The translations under genes were made by a program, and so were the position numbers. A model generated the notes under the pieces. It made no database searches. It had not been told where the DNA came from and worked only from the letters and a program-made list of their open reading frames with translations. From Anaeramoeba ignava BMAN (lineage: Eukaryota; Protista; Anaeramoebae), in NCBI GenBank assembly GCA_028826165.1, contig JAPDFW010000070.1, forward strand, positions 248,001 through 312,000: a stretch of 64,000 nucleotides of DNA. The letters run 5' to 3'. Shown in pieces: positions 26,331-39,855 of this stretch (positions within the stretch are counted from its first letter, which is position 1; each line of letters opens with the position of its first letter).

Positions 26331-27330
26331 AATTTTATTAAATTATTGGGAATAATTTTATATTATTTTAAATAAAGAAATATTAATAAAATATATAAAA
26401 TATAATTAATTTTAAATTCAATTATTTAATATTCTTTATTCCATTTTTGAAATAAATTAATTAAAATATTTTATTAATTTTATTAAATTATTGGGAATAA
26501 TTTTATATTATTTTAAATAAAGAAATATTAATAAAATATATAAAATATAATTAATTTTAAATTTAATTATTTAATATTCTTTATTCCATTTTTGAAATAA
26601 ATTAATTAAAATATTTTATTAATTTTATTAAATTATTGGGAATAATTTTATATTATTTTAAATAAAGAAATATTAATAAAATATATAAAATATAATTAAT
26701 TTTAAATTCAATTATTTAATATTCTTTATTCCATTTTTGAAATAAATTAATTAAAATATTTTATTAATTTTATTAAATTATTGGGAATAATTTTATATTA
26801 TTTTAAATAAAGAAATATTAATAAAATATATAAAATATAATTAATTTTAAATTCAATTATTTAATATTCTTTATTCCATTTTTGAAATAAATTAATTAAA
26901 ATATTTTATTAATTTTATTAAATTATTGAGAATAATTTTATATTATTTTAAATAAAGAAATATTAATAAAATATATAAAATAGAATTAATTTTAAATTTA
27001 ATTATTTAATATTCTTTATTCCATTTTTGAAATAAATTAATTAAAATATTTTATTAATTTTATTAAATTATTGGGAATAATTTTATATTATTTTAAATAA
27101 AGAAATATTAATAAAATATATAAAATATAATTAATTTTAAATTTAATTATTTAATATTCTTTATTCCATTTTTGAAATAAATTAATTAAAATATTTTATT
27201 AATTTTATTAAATTATTGGGAATAATTTTATATTATTTTAAATAAATAAATGTTAATAAAATATATAAAATATAATTAATTTTAAATTTAATTATTTAAT
27301 ATTCTTTATTTCATTTTTGAAATAAATTGA
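26331..27330. repeat. 145-bp tandem repeat (7 units), family B
   Basis: aattattg(g/a)gaataat at 26341, 26486, 26631, 26776, 26921, 27066 and 27211. Confidence 0.95.
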
Positions 27331-27423
27331 TTAAAAGAAAAGGAGAAGAAAAATTAATTTTTAATTTAAAATTTTTTTTTTCATTTTTTTCATTTTTTTT
27401 TTCAATTTAAAAATAATCAAAAA

Positions 27424-29959
27424 ATGAGCGAATTATCATTAACTGAAAATCAAAATCCCGAAAAAAGACCACAAATGCCATATTCTGAACGAATTAAAGC
27501 ATATTATCCAATGCAAAAAGAAGATATTCTTTTCACATTTTTTCCATCAAAAAAAGCACAAAAAGCACTTCAAGGAACTCATTCTCAAATTAAAGAAAGT
27601 CAAGTTAAAAAATTAATTGCATTTTCACCTGAAGATTTTTATAAGGATTTAGATTTTGGTGAGATTTTCCTGATATGGAAACTGAAAAAAAGCATCAAGA
27701 TGAAGATTATGATCTTTTAGAAGATGAAAGTTATTTTGATTGGCTTCCAGAAGAACGTAATTTAAAATTCATTTTGAAATTAAATTAAAATTTATTTTGA
27801 AATTCATTTTGAAATTCATTTTGAAATTAAAATTAAAATTTATTTTGAAATTCATTTTAAAATTCATTTTGAAATTCATTTTGAAATTAAATCAAAATTT
27901 ATTTTGAAATTCATTTTGAAATTCATTTTGAAATTCATTTTGAAATTCATTTTGAAATTCATTTTGAAATTCATTAAAAATTAAAATTGAAATTCATTTT
28001 GAAATTCATTTTGAAATTAAATCAAAATTTATTTTGAAATTAAAATTAAAAATTAAAATTGAAATTCATTTTGAAATTCATTTTGAAATTAAATCAAAAT
28101 TTATTTTGAAATTCATTTTGAAATTAAATCAAAATTTATTTTGAAATTCATTTTGAAATTCATTTTAAAATTAAAATTAAAATCAAAATTAAAATCAAAA
28201 TTAAAATCAAAATTAAAATTAAAATTAAATCAAAATTAAAATTAAAATTTATTTTGAAATTCATTTTGAAATTAAAATTAAAAATTAAAATTAAAATTTA
28301 TTTTGAAATTCATTTTGAAATTAAATCAAAATTTATTTTGAAATTAAAATTAAAAATTAAAATCAAAATTTATTTTGAAATTCATTTTGAAATTCATTTT
28401 GAAATTCATTTTGAAATTCATTTTGAAATTCATTTTGAAATTTATTTTGAAATTCATTTTGAAATTCATTTTGAAATTCATTTTGAAATTTAGTCATTTT
28501 AATCATCTTTGAATATATTGATAATCCATTAACACTTTCACTTCTTGAACTGACATGCACAACATTTTATCGAATATCACGAGAAAGAACAATCTGGGAA
28601 CAAGCATTAAGAAAACACGCACCACTCATAGATTATTTCTATGTTCAAGCAAGCGCATATCGCTATAAACAAACAGTATCATCTTATTATTCATTTCGAG
28701 GAGTAACAGGAATAACAAAATATTTTGATGATGAATACAAAAGAAAAGAACTTGAAGAAAAACTCGAGAAAGAGAAAGATAAAGATAAAAATAAAGACAA
28801 AGACAAAGAAAAGGAAGATGATAAAAAGAAACCAAATAAATATGATTATTATGATGATGATTATGGAATGAATTATTATAATCCTTCAAATCGCTCTAAA
28901 TTGTACCCAAAAATCACAAATGAACAGGCAAATATCCTTCTTAAAGATGATGTTCAACTTACTGATGAGGCCTTTGAATTGATCAAAAATGACCCAAGAA
29001 AACTATTTATTCTCCAAATTGAAAAATTTCATGATGGAATGAAAAAAGTCGAAAATTTCGAAAAATTCGCAAAAAAACATCCTCATCATCAAAACGCAGA
29101 TAAAGCGCTCTTGCTTTTCCACGGAGGAATTTTCCCGCTTGTTTTTTCACTTACGTTCCTTGCAACGATTGTGCTGTCCTTATTAAAACTAGATCTTGTT
29201 GTTGAAACAAGTTACAAGAAAATTTTCATTCCCGTGGATATTTTTTGGATGTGTCTTTTTTATGTAGGAATTATGTTCAGACTGACAGTTGATAGTAAAG
29301 ATGCGATGTATTTTGCAGACGCACTGATGTCGTCATCACTATCCACATTTGTATTCTCGGTACTTTTGAGTATCAAGCTTGATGATCCCAATAGTTTTTC
29401 ATGGATGTATCTTTTTATTCCCCATTTAGTGTCATCCGTTACTTGGATTTTATTTGCCAGTTCAGTTTATTCGCCAGTCAAAATTGAGGATGATTTCTTG
29501 ACAAACATCATGATTTCTTATATCATCATATTCCAAGTCCCGTTCACTCTTTTTGTTCTGATGCTTCTTTTATTTTTGGATGGAGTTGGATCTTTAACTC
29601 AAAATTCCGTTTTTATTCCGTTATTTATTATTGATGCTCTTCCTTTTGCTTTGGCTATTTTTTGGCCCATTTTCTTGAGGCTTTGTCGTCCTCATGCTCA
29701 TAGTTGGAAAGATTTGAGACAGCTTCCAAATCAATATGATTCTTATCTTACTATTAATCTTATTTCTCTTGGAATTTATTCTGTTCCTGCTATTTTTTTC
29801 TTTTTACAGGAAATTTTAGTCTTCTTAAAATTAAATCAGAAAATTTTTTGTGAATGGATTACTGTTGGAACTCCTTCTTTTATTGCTTTTGGTTTGATTT
29901 TTATTGCTTCAACTATTGGTGAGATTTCTTATGTTCGTGATAAATTGAGACGTTATTAA
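27424..29959 (+). CDS. F-box protein with C-terminal multipass TMEM185/TMEM203-like membrane domain. Exons 27424-27756 and 28494-29959.
   Basis: Splicing 27757-28493 gives the F-box YFDWLPEELILIIFEYID...LELTCTTFYRISRERTIW, in frame with ORF 28868. Four LKLD....W..FIP-like TM repeats follow. One 1-nt frameshift near 27660. Confidence 0.75.
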
Positions 29960-30202
29960 ATTTTAATTCCATTTATTTTTTTATTTTTTATTTTTTTATT
30001 TAAAAAATCCAAAAATTAAAAAGTGGAACAAAAAAAAAATTTTTTTTTCTTCATTTTTCTTTCAAAAAAATTCAAATTAAAGAAAGAAAGCAAAAACAAT
30101 TAAAATTTTCTTTTGAAATCTTAAAAAAAAAAGAAAAAAATGAAAAATGGAAATGAAAATGAAAATGAAAATGAAAACGAAATTTTGATTTTCGCAAAAT
30201 TT

Positions 30203-33200
30203 CTATTTTTCATCTTTTTTCTCTGGAGGAGGACCAATTCTTTCTAAAGCATGAAATAATTTTGGAATTGTATCTTTGTGTTTAAAAATATGTAAATGTT
30301 TAACAACCTAAAAAAATTCAAATTAAAAAATTCAATTTAAAAAATTCAATTTAAAAAATCAATTAAAAATAAAAATAACCTTATCAATATTATAACAAAA
30401 AAGTTGATGAATTTTTGGAAGATCTAATTTGCGAACTTCTTCTGTATTCGCAAGTGGTTGATATTCTAAGTTATCAGGAATTTTTGAAAGTTCATCAAAG
30501 AATTTTTCAACTTTTGGTCGATATTCATCAATAACTGAATTAAGTTCTTTTAAATGTGGATTTTTAACATCAAAATATTGATCATTTGCAATATTTTGAA
30601 GGACTTTAGTTATTGTAATAAATGATCTACTCATTTCTTTATCAGGTGGTGAAGGAAGAACTAAAAAAATATAAATAAATTCAAATCAAATTTAATTCAA
30701 ATTTAATTCAAATTTAATTCAAATTTAATTCAATTTTAATATTTAATTCAAATTTAATATTTAATTCAATATTTAATATTTAATTCAAATTTAATATTTA
30801 ATTCAAATTTAATAAATTCAATTCAAATTTTTTAATATTTAATTCAATTCCACCAATTCAATATTTAATTCATTATTTAATTCAATTTATTTAATTCAAA
30901 AATTCAATTCAAAAATATTTATTCAATTTCAATATTTAATTCAATTTCAATATTTAATATTTTTCAAATTTAATTCAATATTTAATATTTAATTCAAAAT
31001 TTAATTTAATATTTAATTTCAAATTTAATTCAATATTTAATTCAATATTTAACAAATTTAATATTTAATTCAAATTCAATTCAATTTCAATATTTAATTC
31101 AAATTTAATATTTAATTCAAATTCAATATTTAATTCAAATTTAATTCAATATTTAATTCAAATTTAATATTTAATTCAATATTTAATTCAATATTTAATA
31201 TTTAATTCAATATTTAATATTTAATTCAATATTTAATTCATATTCAATTCAATATTTAATTCAAATTCAAATTTAATTCAATTTCAATATTTAATTCAAA
31301 TTCAATATTTAATTCAAAATTAATTCAATTTAATTCAATATTTAATTCAAATTTAATATTCAATTCAAATTTAATTCAATATTTAATTCAAATTTAATTC
31401 AATTTCAAATTTAATTCAATTCAATATTTAATTCATATTCAATTCAAATTCAATATTAAATTCAAATCAATTTACATTGAACAATTCCACCAACTGCTGG
31501 ATTTGTAATTGTAGGACAAAAAAATCTTAAAAATATAAATCCACCAACACTTCTTTTTTCTGCTTCAGGAAATCTTTTTTTAACAGCATCTCTAAGGTCA
31601 CTTGCAATACAACGAAAAGGTCTTTTTTTTTGAAACATTAAAATTAAATTAAATCAAATTCAAATTAAATCAAAATTAAATAAATTAAAATCAAATTCAA
31701 TTCAAAATTAAATTCAAAATTAAATAAATTAAAATTAAATCAAAATAAATTAAATCCAAATTAAATTAAAATCAAATTAAATCAATTTTAAATTCAAAAT
31801 TAAATTCAATTAAATCCAAATTAAATCAAAATTAAATCCAAATTAAATCAAATTAAATCAAAATTAAAATTAAATTAAATCCAAATTAAATCCAAATTCA
31901 ATTAAATCAATTTTAAATCAAATTAAATCAAAATTCAATAAATTAAATTCAAATTAAATTCAATTAAATCAAAAATTAAATCAAAAATAAATCAAAAATC
32001 CAAAATCTATAAATATTACAAAGGACATTTAGGTAAAGAATTCAAAATTGCATCAAGAAACATTTGACTAACTTTTTTTAAATTTTGTAAATTTTGAGCA
32101 GCATCATCACCTTCTTTACATCTTGCAGGATCAGCTTCATAATTAAGAGGATTTTCATACATCCAAGTAAATTTTGGAGTTAAAACTTCCTGAAGATATT
32201 TCTGGCCAATATTTCTAGTAAAAGCAGACATTAATTTAGTAGCAGTACTATTTCCTCTAAAAAGAGTTGATTCACTTTCAGTATTTTCGACTTCATCATT
32301 AATGCAAGTGTGAAGAACCATTCGGGTTTCATCGTATGCATCGTAAAGTCGAATTAATGAAATTAATATGTCTTCTGATGATCCTGATGCAAAAATTAAA
32401 CTTGATACTACTGATAAATTTGTTGATGATAATAGAAATGCTAATGTATCGTATTTATGCTCTTCTTCATCTTGTGCTTTGCCTAAATTCGCTAAATCCA
32501 TTTGTCGATTTTGTTCGTGTGTGTGTTTTCGATACTTTTTTTAATTTTAATTTTAATTTTATAAATGAATTTTAATTTTAATTTTGATTTTAATTTTAAT
32601 TTTAATTTTGATTTTAATTTTGATTTTAATTTTGATTTTAATTTTAATTTTAATTTTGATTTTAATTTTAATTTTAATTTTAATTTTAATTTTAATTTTA
32701 ATTTTAATTTTAATTTTAATTTTTAAATTCAAAATGAATTTTAATTTTAATTTTATTAAATTTAATTTTAATTTTAATTTTGATTTTAATTTTAATTTTA
32801 ATTTTAATTTTAATTTTAATTTTAATTTTAATTTTAATTTTTAAATTCAAAATGAATTTTAATTTTAATTTTTAAATTCAAAATGAATTTTAATTTTAAT
32901 TTTAAATTCAAATTGAATTTTAATTTTAATTTTGATTTTGATTTTGATTTTAATTTTAATTTTAATTTTAATTTTGATTTTAATTTTAATTTTAAAATTG
33001 ATTTTAATTTTAATATTAATTTCAAATTTAATTTTAATTTCAAAATGAATTTTAATTTCAAAATGAATTTGAATTTTAATTTTTAAATTCAAAATGAATT
33101 TTAATTTTAATTTGATTTTTTACATCATCAACAAAAGTTTTTAATTGTTTAATATATTCAAAAAGATCATAAACTAAACCATATCCTTGATAAAAAAAAT

Positions 33201-34542
33201 CTTTTTCAGCATTAAAGAAATTAACAAATAATTGTAAAATTTCACTATCTTTTTTTCTTTGGAAATCATCAATTGAAAATAAAACATCTCCAGCAGTTTG
33301 CTCAAGAGTTTGTTTTGCTTTAACTAAATCTGATTCTGCTGTATTTAATGCTTTTTGTTTTTTTGGATCACTTGTATCTTTTTGTTGTAATTTTTTTAAT
33401 TGATTAAAACAAGAATCATAAATTCTTCTTGCTTTATAGTATTTAGTTTTCATTTTCTAAATATTAAAATATTCAATTAAATATTAAAATATTAATTAAA
33501 ATATTAATGTGAATTTTACTCTAGTATCAGAAACTTCATGATCAAGAAAAGATTGTACTTTTTGTGCAAAATCCATTAAAACTTCAGACTTGATTGATTT
33601 AATTTTTGATTTAAATTGTTTTTAAATTGTTTTAATTGTTTAATTTTGATTTAAATTGTTTTAATTTTGTTTTAATTTTTGATTTAATTTTTGATTTAAT
33701 TTTTGATTTAATTTGTTTTAAATTTTTAATTTAATTTTTGATTTTAATTGTTTAAATTGATTTAATTTTTGATTTAATTTGTTTTAAATTGTTTTAAATT
33801 GTTTAAATTGTTTAATTTGTTTTAATTTGTTTAATTTTTGATTTAATTTTTGATTTAAATTTTGTTTAAAATTGTTTTAATTTTTGATTTAATTTGTTTT
33901 AATTTTTTTAATTTTTGATTTAAATTTTGTTTTAATTTTTAATTTATTTTTTTTTAATTTTTGTTTTAATTTTTGTTTTAATTTGTTTTAAATTTTTTAT
34001 TAAAATATACAAATGGTTCATTAAGTTTGTTTAACTGATCATGAATTTCTGAGAATTTTAATAAAGCTTGGGCTAAATTTTAATGAAAAAAAAAAATATT
34101 GTTTTGTTTGATTTTTTTTTTTTAATTAATTTTTTTTTTGATGACGAAATTTTTTTTAAAAAAAAATTATAAAGTTAATAATAAAAAAAAACTTACAAAC
34201 AGCACTATCTTCAACATCTTGTTTATTAAAAATTGCAAATTTACGTTGAGCTTCAATTAATTCTTTAGACATTTTTGTTAAATCTAAAAAAAAAATATTT
34301 TGATTAAAAATTAAAAATATTATTTAGATTAAAAATTAAAAAATTAAAAAATATTTAGATTAAATAAGTTTTTTACTTGTTGTAGAATGTGCATGTGCTT
34401 TAACTTTGGATATTAAATCAGGTAATATTTTCCGAAATGCTTTTAAATCATTTTTACCATCAACAAATTCTTTGCAAGTTAATTCACTTTTATTTACTTT
34501 GGAAACTTTCTCTTTTACTCTTTGTCGAAAATTTTTTAACAT
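30203..34542 (-). CDS. BAR-domain + RasGAP protein, 9 exons
   Basis: The N-terminal exons are helical and BAR-like (QALLKFSE, KYYKARRIYDS, LFVNFFNAEKDFFYQG). The RasGAP part has TLFRGNSTATKLM, SVGGFIFLRFFCPTITNP (exon 31621-31476) and ITKVLQNIAN. Last exon 30307-30203. All junctions are GT-AG and frame-consistent. Confidence 0.87.
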
Positions 34543-34715
34543 TGAAATTTTTTTTTTATTGTGGTTATTTTTCTTTTTTTTATTATGAAGAAAAAATTAA
34601 AGAAAAAAAAGAAAAAAAATGAAAAAAATGAAAAAAAAAAATAATTGAAAAATTTCCAAAAAAAGAAGAATTTTTTTTTGCCTTCTTTTTTTAATCTTTT
34701 TCTTTTTTTCTTTTT

Positions 34716-36923
34716 TTATTTCTTTTTATCATATTTCTTTTTATAATCATCATATTCTTTTGGAGGAAATCTTAATTCCTTAACTTTTTTTTGATCCTCT
34801 TTTTTCAATTTTTTAAAATTTTTCATTTTTTCAAATTTTGGATAATTTCTTCCCATTTCCCAATAGCAGTAATCCATCAAAAATTTTGCTCCGTAACTCT
34901 TAGAAACTTGAAGAGCTTGGGGAATCAATTCATGATCTAGTGTTCTTGATAAATTCACTTGGCAAAGTTGGTTCAATCTTAGTACTTGTAGATAATCACT
35001 TGCAATCAATAATTCTAACATTTTTGAATTTGATTCCCAAATAAATTTTTTGTTTCCTTCTTTGACTGCCAATTCAACACTTGGAGCAACAAATCGATCA
35101 CAATAGATATATTCTAATATGAAAAGCAAAGATTCCATTCCGATATTAGTTAATACAACTTGATTTTCAATCACTTCTTTCATTTTAAGTTGGATCATTG
35201 ACTTGAAATAATCACATCTTTGAGATAATAATCCCAAATGTGTTTTCACAGCTTGTTTTGTGTTTCCTTCCATTAATAAAATTGTAAAATCCGAATACAA
35301 ATGTGATTTGAGTAAATTTGAATAACAATTTCTGATTTGATCCAATTCAGATGATTCAATTTTTTCCCTTTTCCAATCTGAAATTTTCATCCTCTCTGCT
35401 TTTTTTTCATCTTGATCCTCCTTTTCAAGAAGTTCTTTTGTTACCAAACTTAAGTTTTTGACTTCAAATAAATCCGAGATTGTTTGTATTTGTCGGGCAA
35501 TTTCAACATCTTTCATCATCTCATCTTCAATGATTCCACAATAAATAAACTTGATCATTAAATAAAAAGGAAAATAGGCATAGTCCACATAAATTTTGAT
35601 TCTCTTTTCTAAATTTCCGATATTTTCTTTCTTATTTTCGTTTTCTTGATTTAATTCTTTTTTTTCCATTTTTAGGAAGATTTTTTCTGAGAATTCTTCC
35701 AAATCTTCTGATTGATTCTCATATTTCTCTATTAATTGTTTAAAAACTCCATTTCTTGAACAGAGAACAAAACGATGCAAATACAAAGATTGTGGTTCGT
35801 TCTTTTTCTCAGCAAAACACAATTCAACATCACTAAATCTTTCATTCTTCAATAAACTTTTGAAGTCATCTTGATAAGTACTTGGAAGAACTTCCAATTT
35901 GGGTCTTGGGAATGGTTCTGGAAGCTTTGGGAAAGGAGGAATTTCTTTTGATTTAAATATTTTTCCGCTCCGCTTTTTCTTTTGTCTTTTTCTTCTTATT
36001 TTTGTTCTTGTTTGCAAATGGATTAGGAATTTTCCCAGTTTTCACTAAATGATCTTTAATCAACATTTCAAAACATTCATCCACATTCGTTCTTGTTTTT
36101 GTTGAAATCTCAATAAATAAAATCCCATTTTCTCGAGCAATTTCTTCCAATTCTTGTGTAGCAATTTGCCGTTCAAATTCCAAATCTATTTTATTTCCAA
36201 CAAGAATAACAGAAGAATCACTTAATTTATTCAAAATTTTATAAAATTTGGCTTTTCTCATTAATTCAGGAATTTCTTTGAGATCTTCTCTTCTTGTAAT
36301 AGAAACCATGATTACAAAAATATCCATCATTCTATAAAGGTTTTCCCATCCTTGACGATATTCATGTTCTTCAATGAAAAATAATTCTATTAAAACAGGT
36401 TTTCCATCAATCAATACATTTCTTTGCATATTGTCATTTAAAAAATCTCTTATATAATCACTTAGATCAAACAAAATAATAAAACAATAAAAAGATTTTG
36501 ATTTTTAATTTTGATTTTGATTTTGATTTTAATTTTAATTTTGATTTTGATTTTGATTTTAATTTTGATTTTAATTTTGATTTTAATTTTGATTTTGATT
36601 TTAATTTTAAATTTTGATTTTAATTTTGATTTTAAATTTAAATTTAAATTTTGATTTTAATTTTAATTTTGATTTTAATTTTGATTTTGATTTTAATTTT
36701 GATTTTGATTTTGATTTTGATTTTGATTTTGATTTTGATTTTGATTTTGATTTTAATTTTGATTTTGATTTTAATTTTAATTTTCAAATTTAATTTTGAT
36801 TTAGCAAAAAAATGAATTTTACTCTGCTCCAAAATAATTCATTACATATTGAACATTTAAAGATTTTCTTCCAGAATTTTCAGTTCCAGTTATTCCAATA
36901 TTAATTGGTTTAACTTGATTCAT
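34716..36923 (-). CDS. RhoBTB-like protein: degenerate small GTPase + Pro-rich linker + two BTB domains. Exons 36923-36823 and 36460-34716.
   Basis: INIGITGTENSGRKSL, ILVGNKIDL, FIEISTKT, PPFPKLPEPFPRP, FSDVEL..LHRFVLCSR, YSDFTI..THLGLLSQRCDYFKSM and C-terminal FPPKEY. A 1-nt frameshift in an A-run near 35962 joins the two ORFs. Confidence 0.8.
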
Positions 36924-37209
36924 TTTTGTTTTGTTTTGTTTTTGTTTTTATTTTGATAAAACAAAAAGAAGAATAAAAGAGAAAAAAAATGATTTTGATT
37001 TCTTTATTAAATTTTGATTTCTTTCAATTTTTCCATAATTTTTAACAAAGAAATCTAAAAAAAAATGAATTAGAAAAAAAAAAGAGAAAGAAAATGTTTT
37101 CTCTTTTTGCTATTTTTTGAAAAAGTTTTTTTTAATCAATTTTGGATTTTTGTTTTTTTTGATTTTTGTTTTCTTGGTTTTTCTTTTTTTGATTTTTGTT
37201 TTTGGGAAT

Positions 37210-39855
37210 CATTTGAAGTTTTTCTTTTTCTTTTGTGAGTTTTTCTTTTTTTGTGAGTTGGTTTTGTTGATTTTGGTTTTTTTTGTTTTTTTGAATGGGT
37301 TTTTGGTTTCTTTTTATCTTCTTTTGATTTTGATTTTGATTTAGATTTCTTTCCTTTTTTTGATTTATTTTTATCTTCTTTTGATTTTGATTTTGATTTC
37401 TTTCCTTTTTTTGATTTATTTTTATCTTCTTTTGATTTAGATTTTGATTTCTTTCCTTTTTTTGATTTATTTTTATCTTCTTTTGATTTTGATTTTGATT
37501 TTGATTTTGATTTTGAATTTGAACTTTCCTTTTTTAGATTTATCTTTATCTTCTTTTGATTTTGATTTCTTTCCTTTTTTGGATTTATCTTTATCTTCTT
37601 TTGATTTTGATTTTGATTTATTTTTATCTTCTTTTGATTTTGATTTTGATTTCTTTCCTTTTTTGGATTTATCTTCTTTTTTTGATTTTAATTTCTTTCC
37701 TTTTTTTGATTTTTTATCTTTATCTTCTTTTGATTTTGATTTTTTATCTTTATCTCCTTTTGATTTTGATTTTTTATTTTTATCTTCTTTTGATTTTGAT
37801 TTTGATTTCTTTCCTTTTTTGGATTTATCTTCTTTTGATTTTGATTTTGTTTTTTTATCTTTATCTTCTTTTGATTTTGATTTCTTTCCTTTTTTGGATT
37901 TATCTTTATCTTCTTTTGATTTTGTTTTTTTATCTTTATCTTCTTTTGATTTTGATTTCTTTCCTTTTTTGGATTTATCTTCTTTTTTTGATTTTAATTT
38001 TGTTTTTTTATCTTTCTTTCCTTTTTTAGATTTATCTTTATCTTCTTTTGATTTTGATTTTTTATCTTTATCTCCTTTTGATTTTGATTTTTTATTTTTA
38101 TCTTCTTTTGATTTTGATTTTGATTTCTTTCCTTTTTTGGATTTATCTTCTTTTTTTGATTTTAATTTTTTATCTTTTTTATCTTTCTTATCTTTATCTT
38201 CTTTTGATTTTGATTTCTTTCCTTTTTTATCTTTTTTATCTTTTTTATCTTTTTTATCTTTTTTATCTTTTTTATCTTTCTTTCCTTTTTTATCTTTTTT
38301 ATCTTTATCTTTTTTTCCTTTTTTATCTTTCTTATCTTTCTTACCTTTCTTATCTTTTTTATCTTTCTTATCTTTTTTATCTTTCTTATCTTTCTTATCT
38401 TTTTTATCTTTCTTTCCTTCAGATTTTTTTACTATAGATTTTGGTTTTTTTTTCTTTTTTGTTGCTTTTTTCCCACTTTTATCATTTGATTTTTCTGATT
38501 TTTCTGATTTTTCTAATTTTCTTGATTTTTCTGATTTTCCTGATTTTCTTGATTTTCTTGATTTTCTTGATTTTTTGTGTTTAAGAGTTGATTTTTTTGT
38601 TTGTGTTTTTGGATTCTCATCATTATCAAAAACCTCAGAAATTAAATCAATTGGAGGACCTGTAATAACTTCAAAAGTAGAAGTTGAGGAATTTCTTTGA
38701 AGTAAACTATTATCAGGGATTAAAGGATGATCGAAATTAGGGTCAGGAATTCCTTTTGGTTTTTCTGTCAAAATAAAGTGTTGATTGTCATATTCTTGGT
38801 TTTGATTATCTGATTCTTTTTGATTATCTGATTCTTTTTGACTAGTTGATTCTTTTTGACTATCTGATTCTTGTTGATTATTACTTGATTCTTTTTGACT
38901 ATCTGATTCTTTTTGATTATTACTTGATTCTTTTTGACTATTACTTGATTTTTCACTCTTTTTTGCTTTTTTTGCTTTTTTTCCTTTTCTCTTTTTGCTT
39001 TTTTTACTTTGTTTTCCTTTTTTACCTTTTTTTTCTTTTTTTGCTTTTTTACTTTTATTTTTCTTCTTCTCTTTTTTTACTTTTCCATTGTTTTCTGTTT
39101 GTTCAATAACTTCTTGTTTGCTTTGTTTTGGATTGTTTTGTAGTGAATTAATTTCTGTTTTTTTTTGTGGATTTGGAATTCTTGAATTTTTGGGTTTTGG
39201 TTTTGAATCTAAACTTTGATCGTTTTTGGTTGATTTTGAATTGTCATGTTCAATTTGAGCAAGTAAATTATCAAAAATATTTGTTTGTTCATCATCTTCA
39301 TTAGAATTTTCATCTTCTTTATTAGATTGTTCATCTTGACTATTTTTATTACTGAATTGATTTTGATTTGAATTTTTGAATTGATTTTGATTTTGATTTT
39401 TGAATTGATTTTGATTTGAATTTTTGAATTGATTTTGATTTGAATTTTTGAATTGATTTTGATTTGAATTTTTGGATTGATTTTGATTTTGATTTTGATT
39501 TTTGGATTGATTTTCATTATCTTTATCTTTATCACTTTCATTTTCATTTTCATTTTCATTATCGTTATCTTTATCACTTTCATTTTCATTATCATTATCA
39601 TTATCTTTATCACTTTCATTATCATCATCTTTATCACTTTCATTATTGTCACTATCAAATTGATTAACAATTTCTTTATTATCTTTTTCATCTCCTGAAA
39701 TTTCTTTTTTGTTTTCTTGTTTTGCATTAAGATTTTCTTCTATATTTTTACCTTTGATTTAATTGTGGTTTTTTTCCTTGTTGTAAATTTGAATCAATTT
39801 TAGTTGATTGATTTAAATTTTCATCTTGATTTTCTTGATTAAAATTTTCAATCAT
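37210..39855 (-). CDS. Low-complexity protein: acidic/Asn-rich N-half, very Lys-rich (DKK, KSKSKEDK) repeat C-half. Boundaries approximate.
   Basis: Start MIENFNQENQ at 39855, unique islands (IFDNLLAQIEH; GIPDPNFDHPLIPD), ORF 37473-38771, homopolymer frameshifts. Confidence 0.55.

Noticed and set aside
26331-27330. CRISPR-like array
   Set aside because: The units are contiguous near-identical repeats with no unique spacers, there are no cas genes, and the context is eukaryotic.
22800-27345. Classical transposon hallmarks (TIR, TSD, LTR, transposase) for the BTB-TLDc cassettes
   Set aside because: None is convincingly visible; end similarities are within what AT-rich sequence gives by chance.
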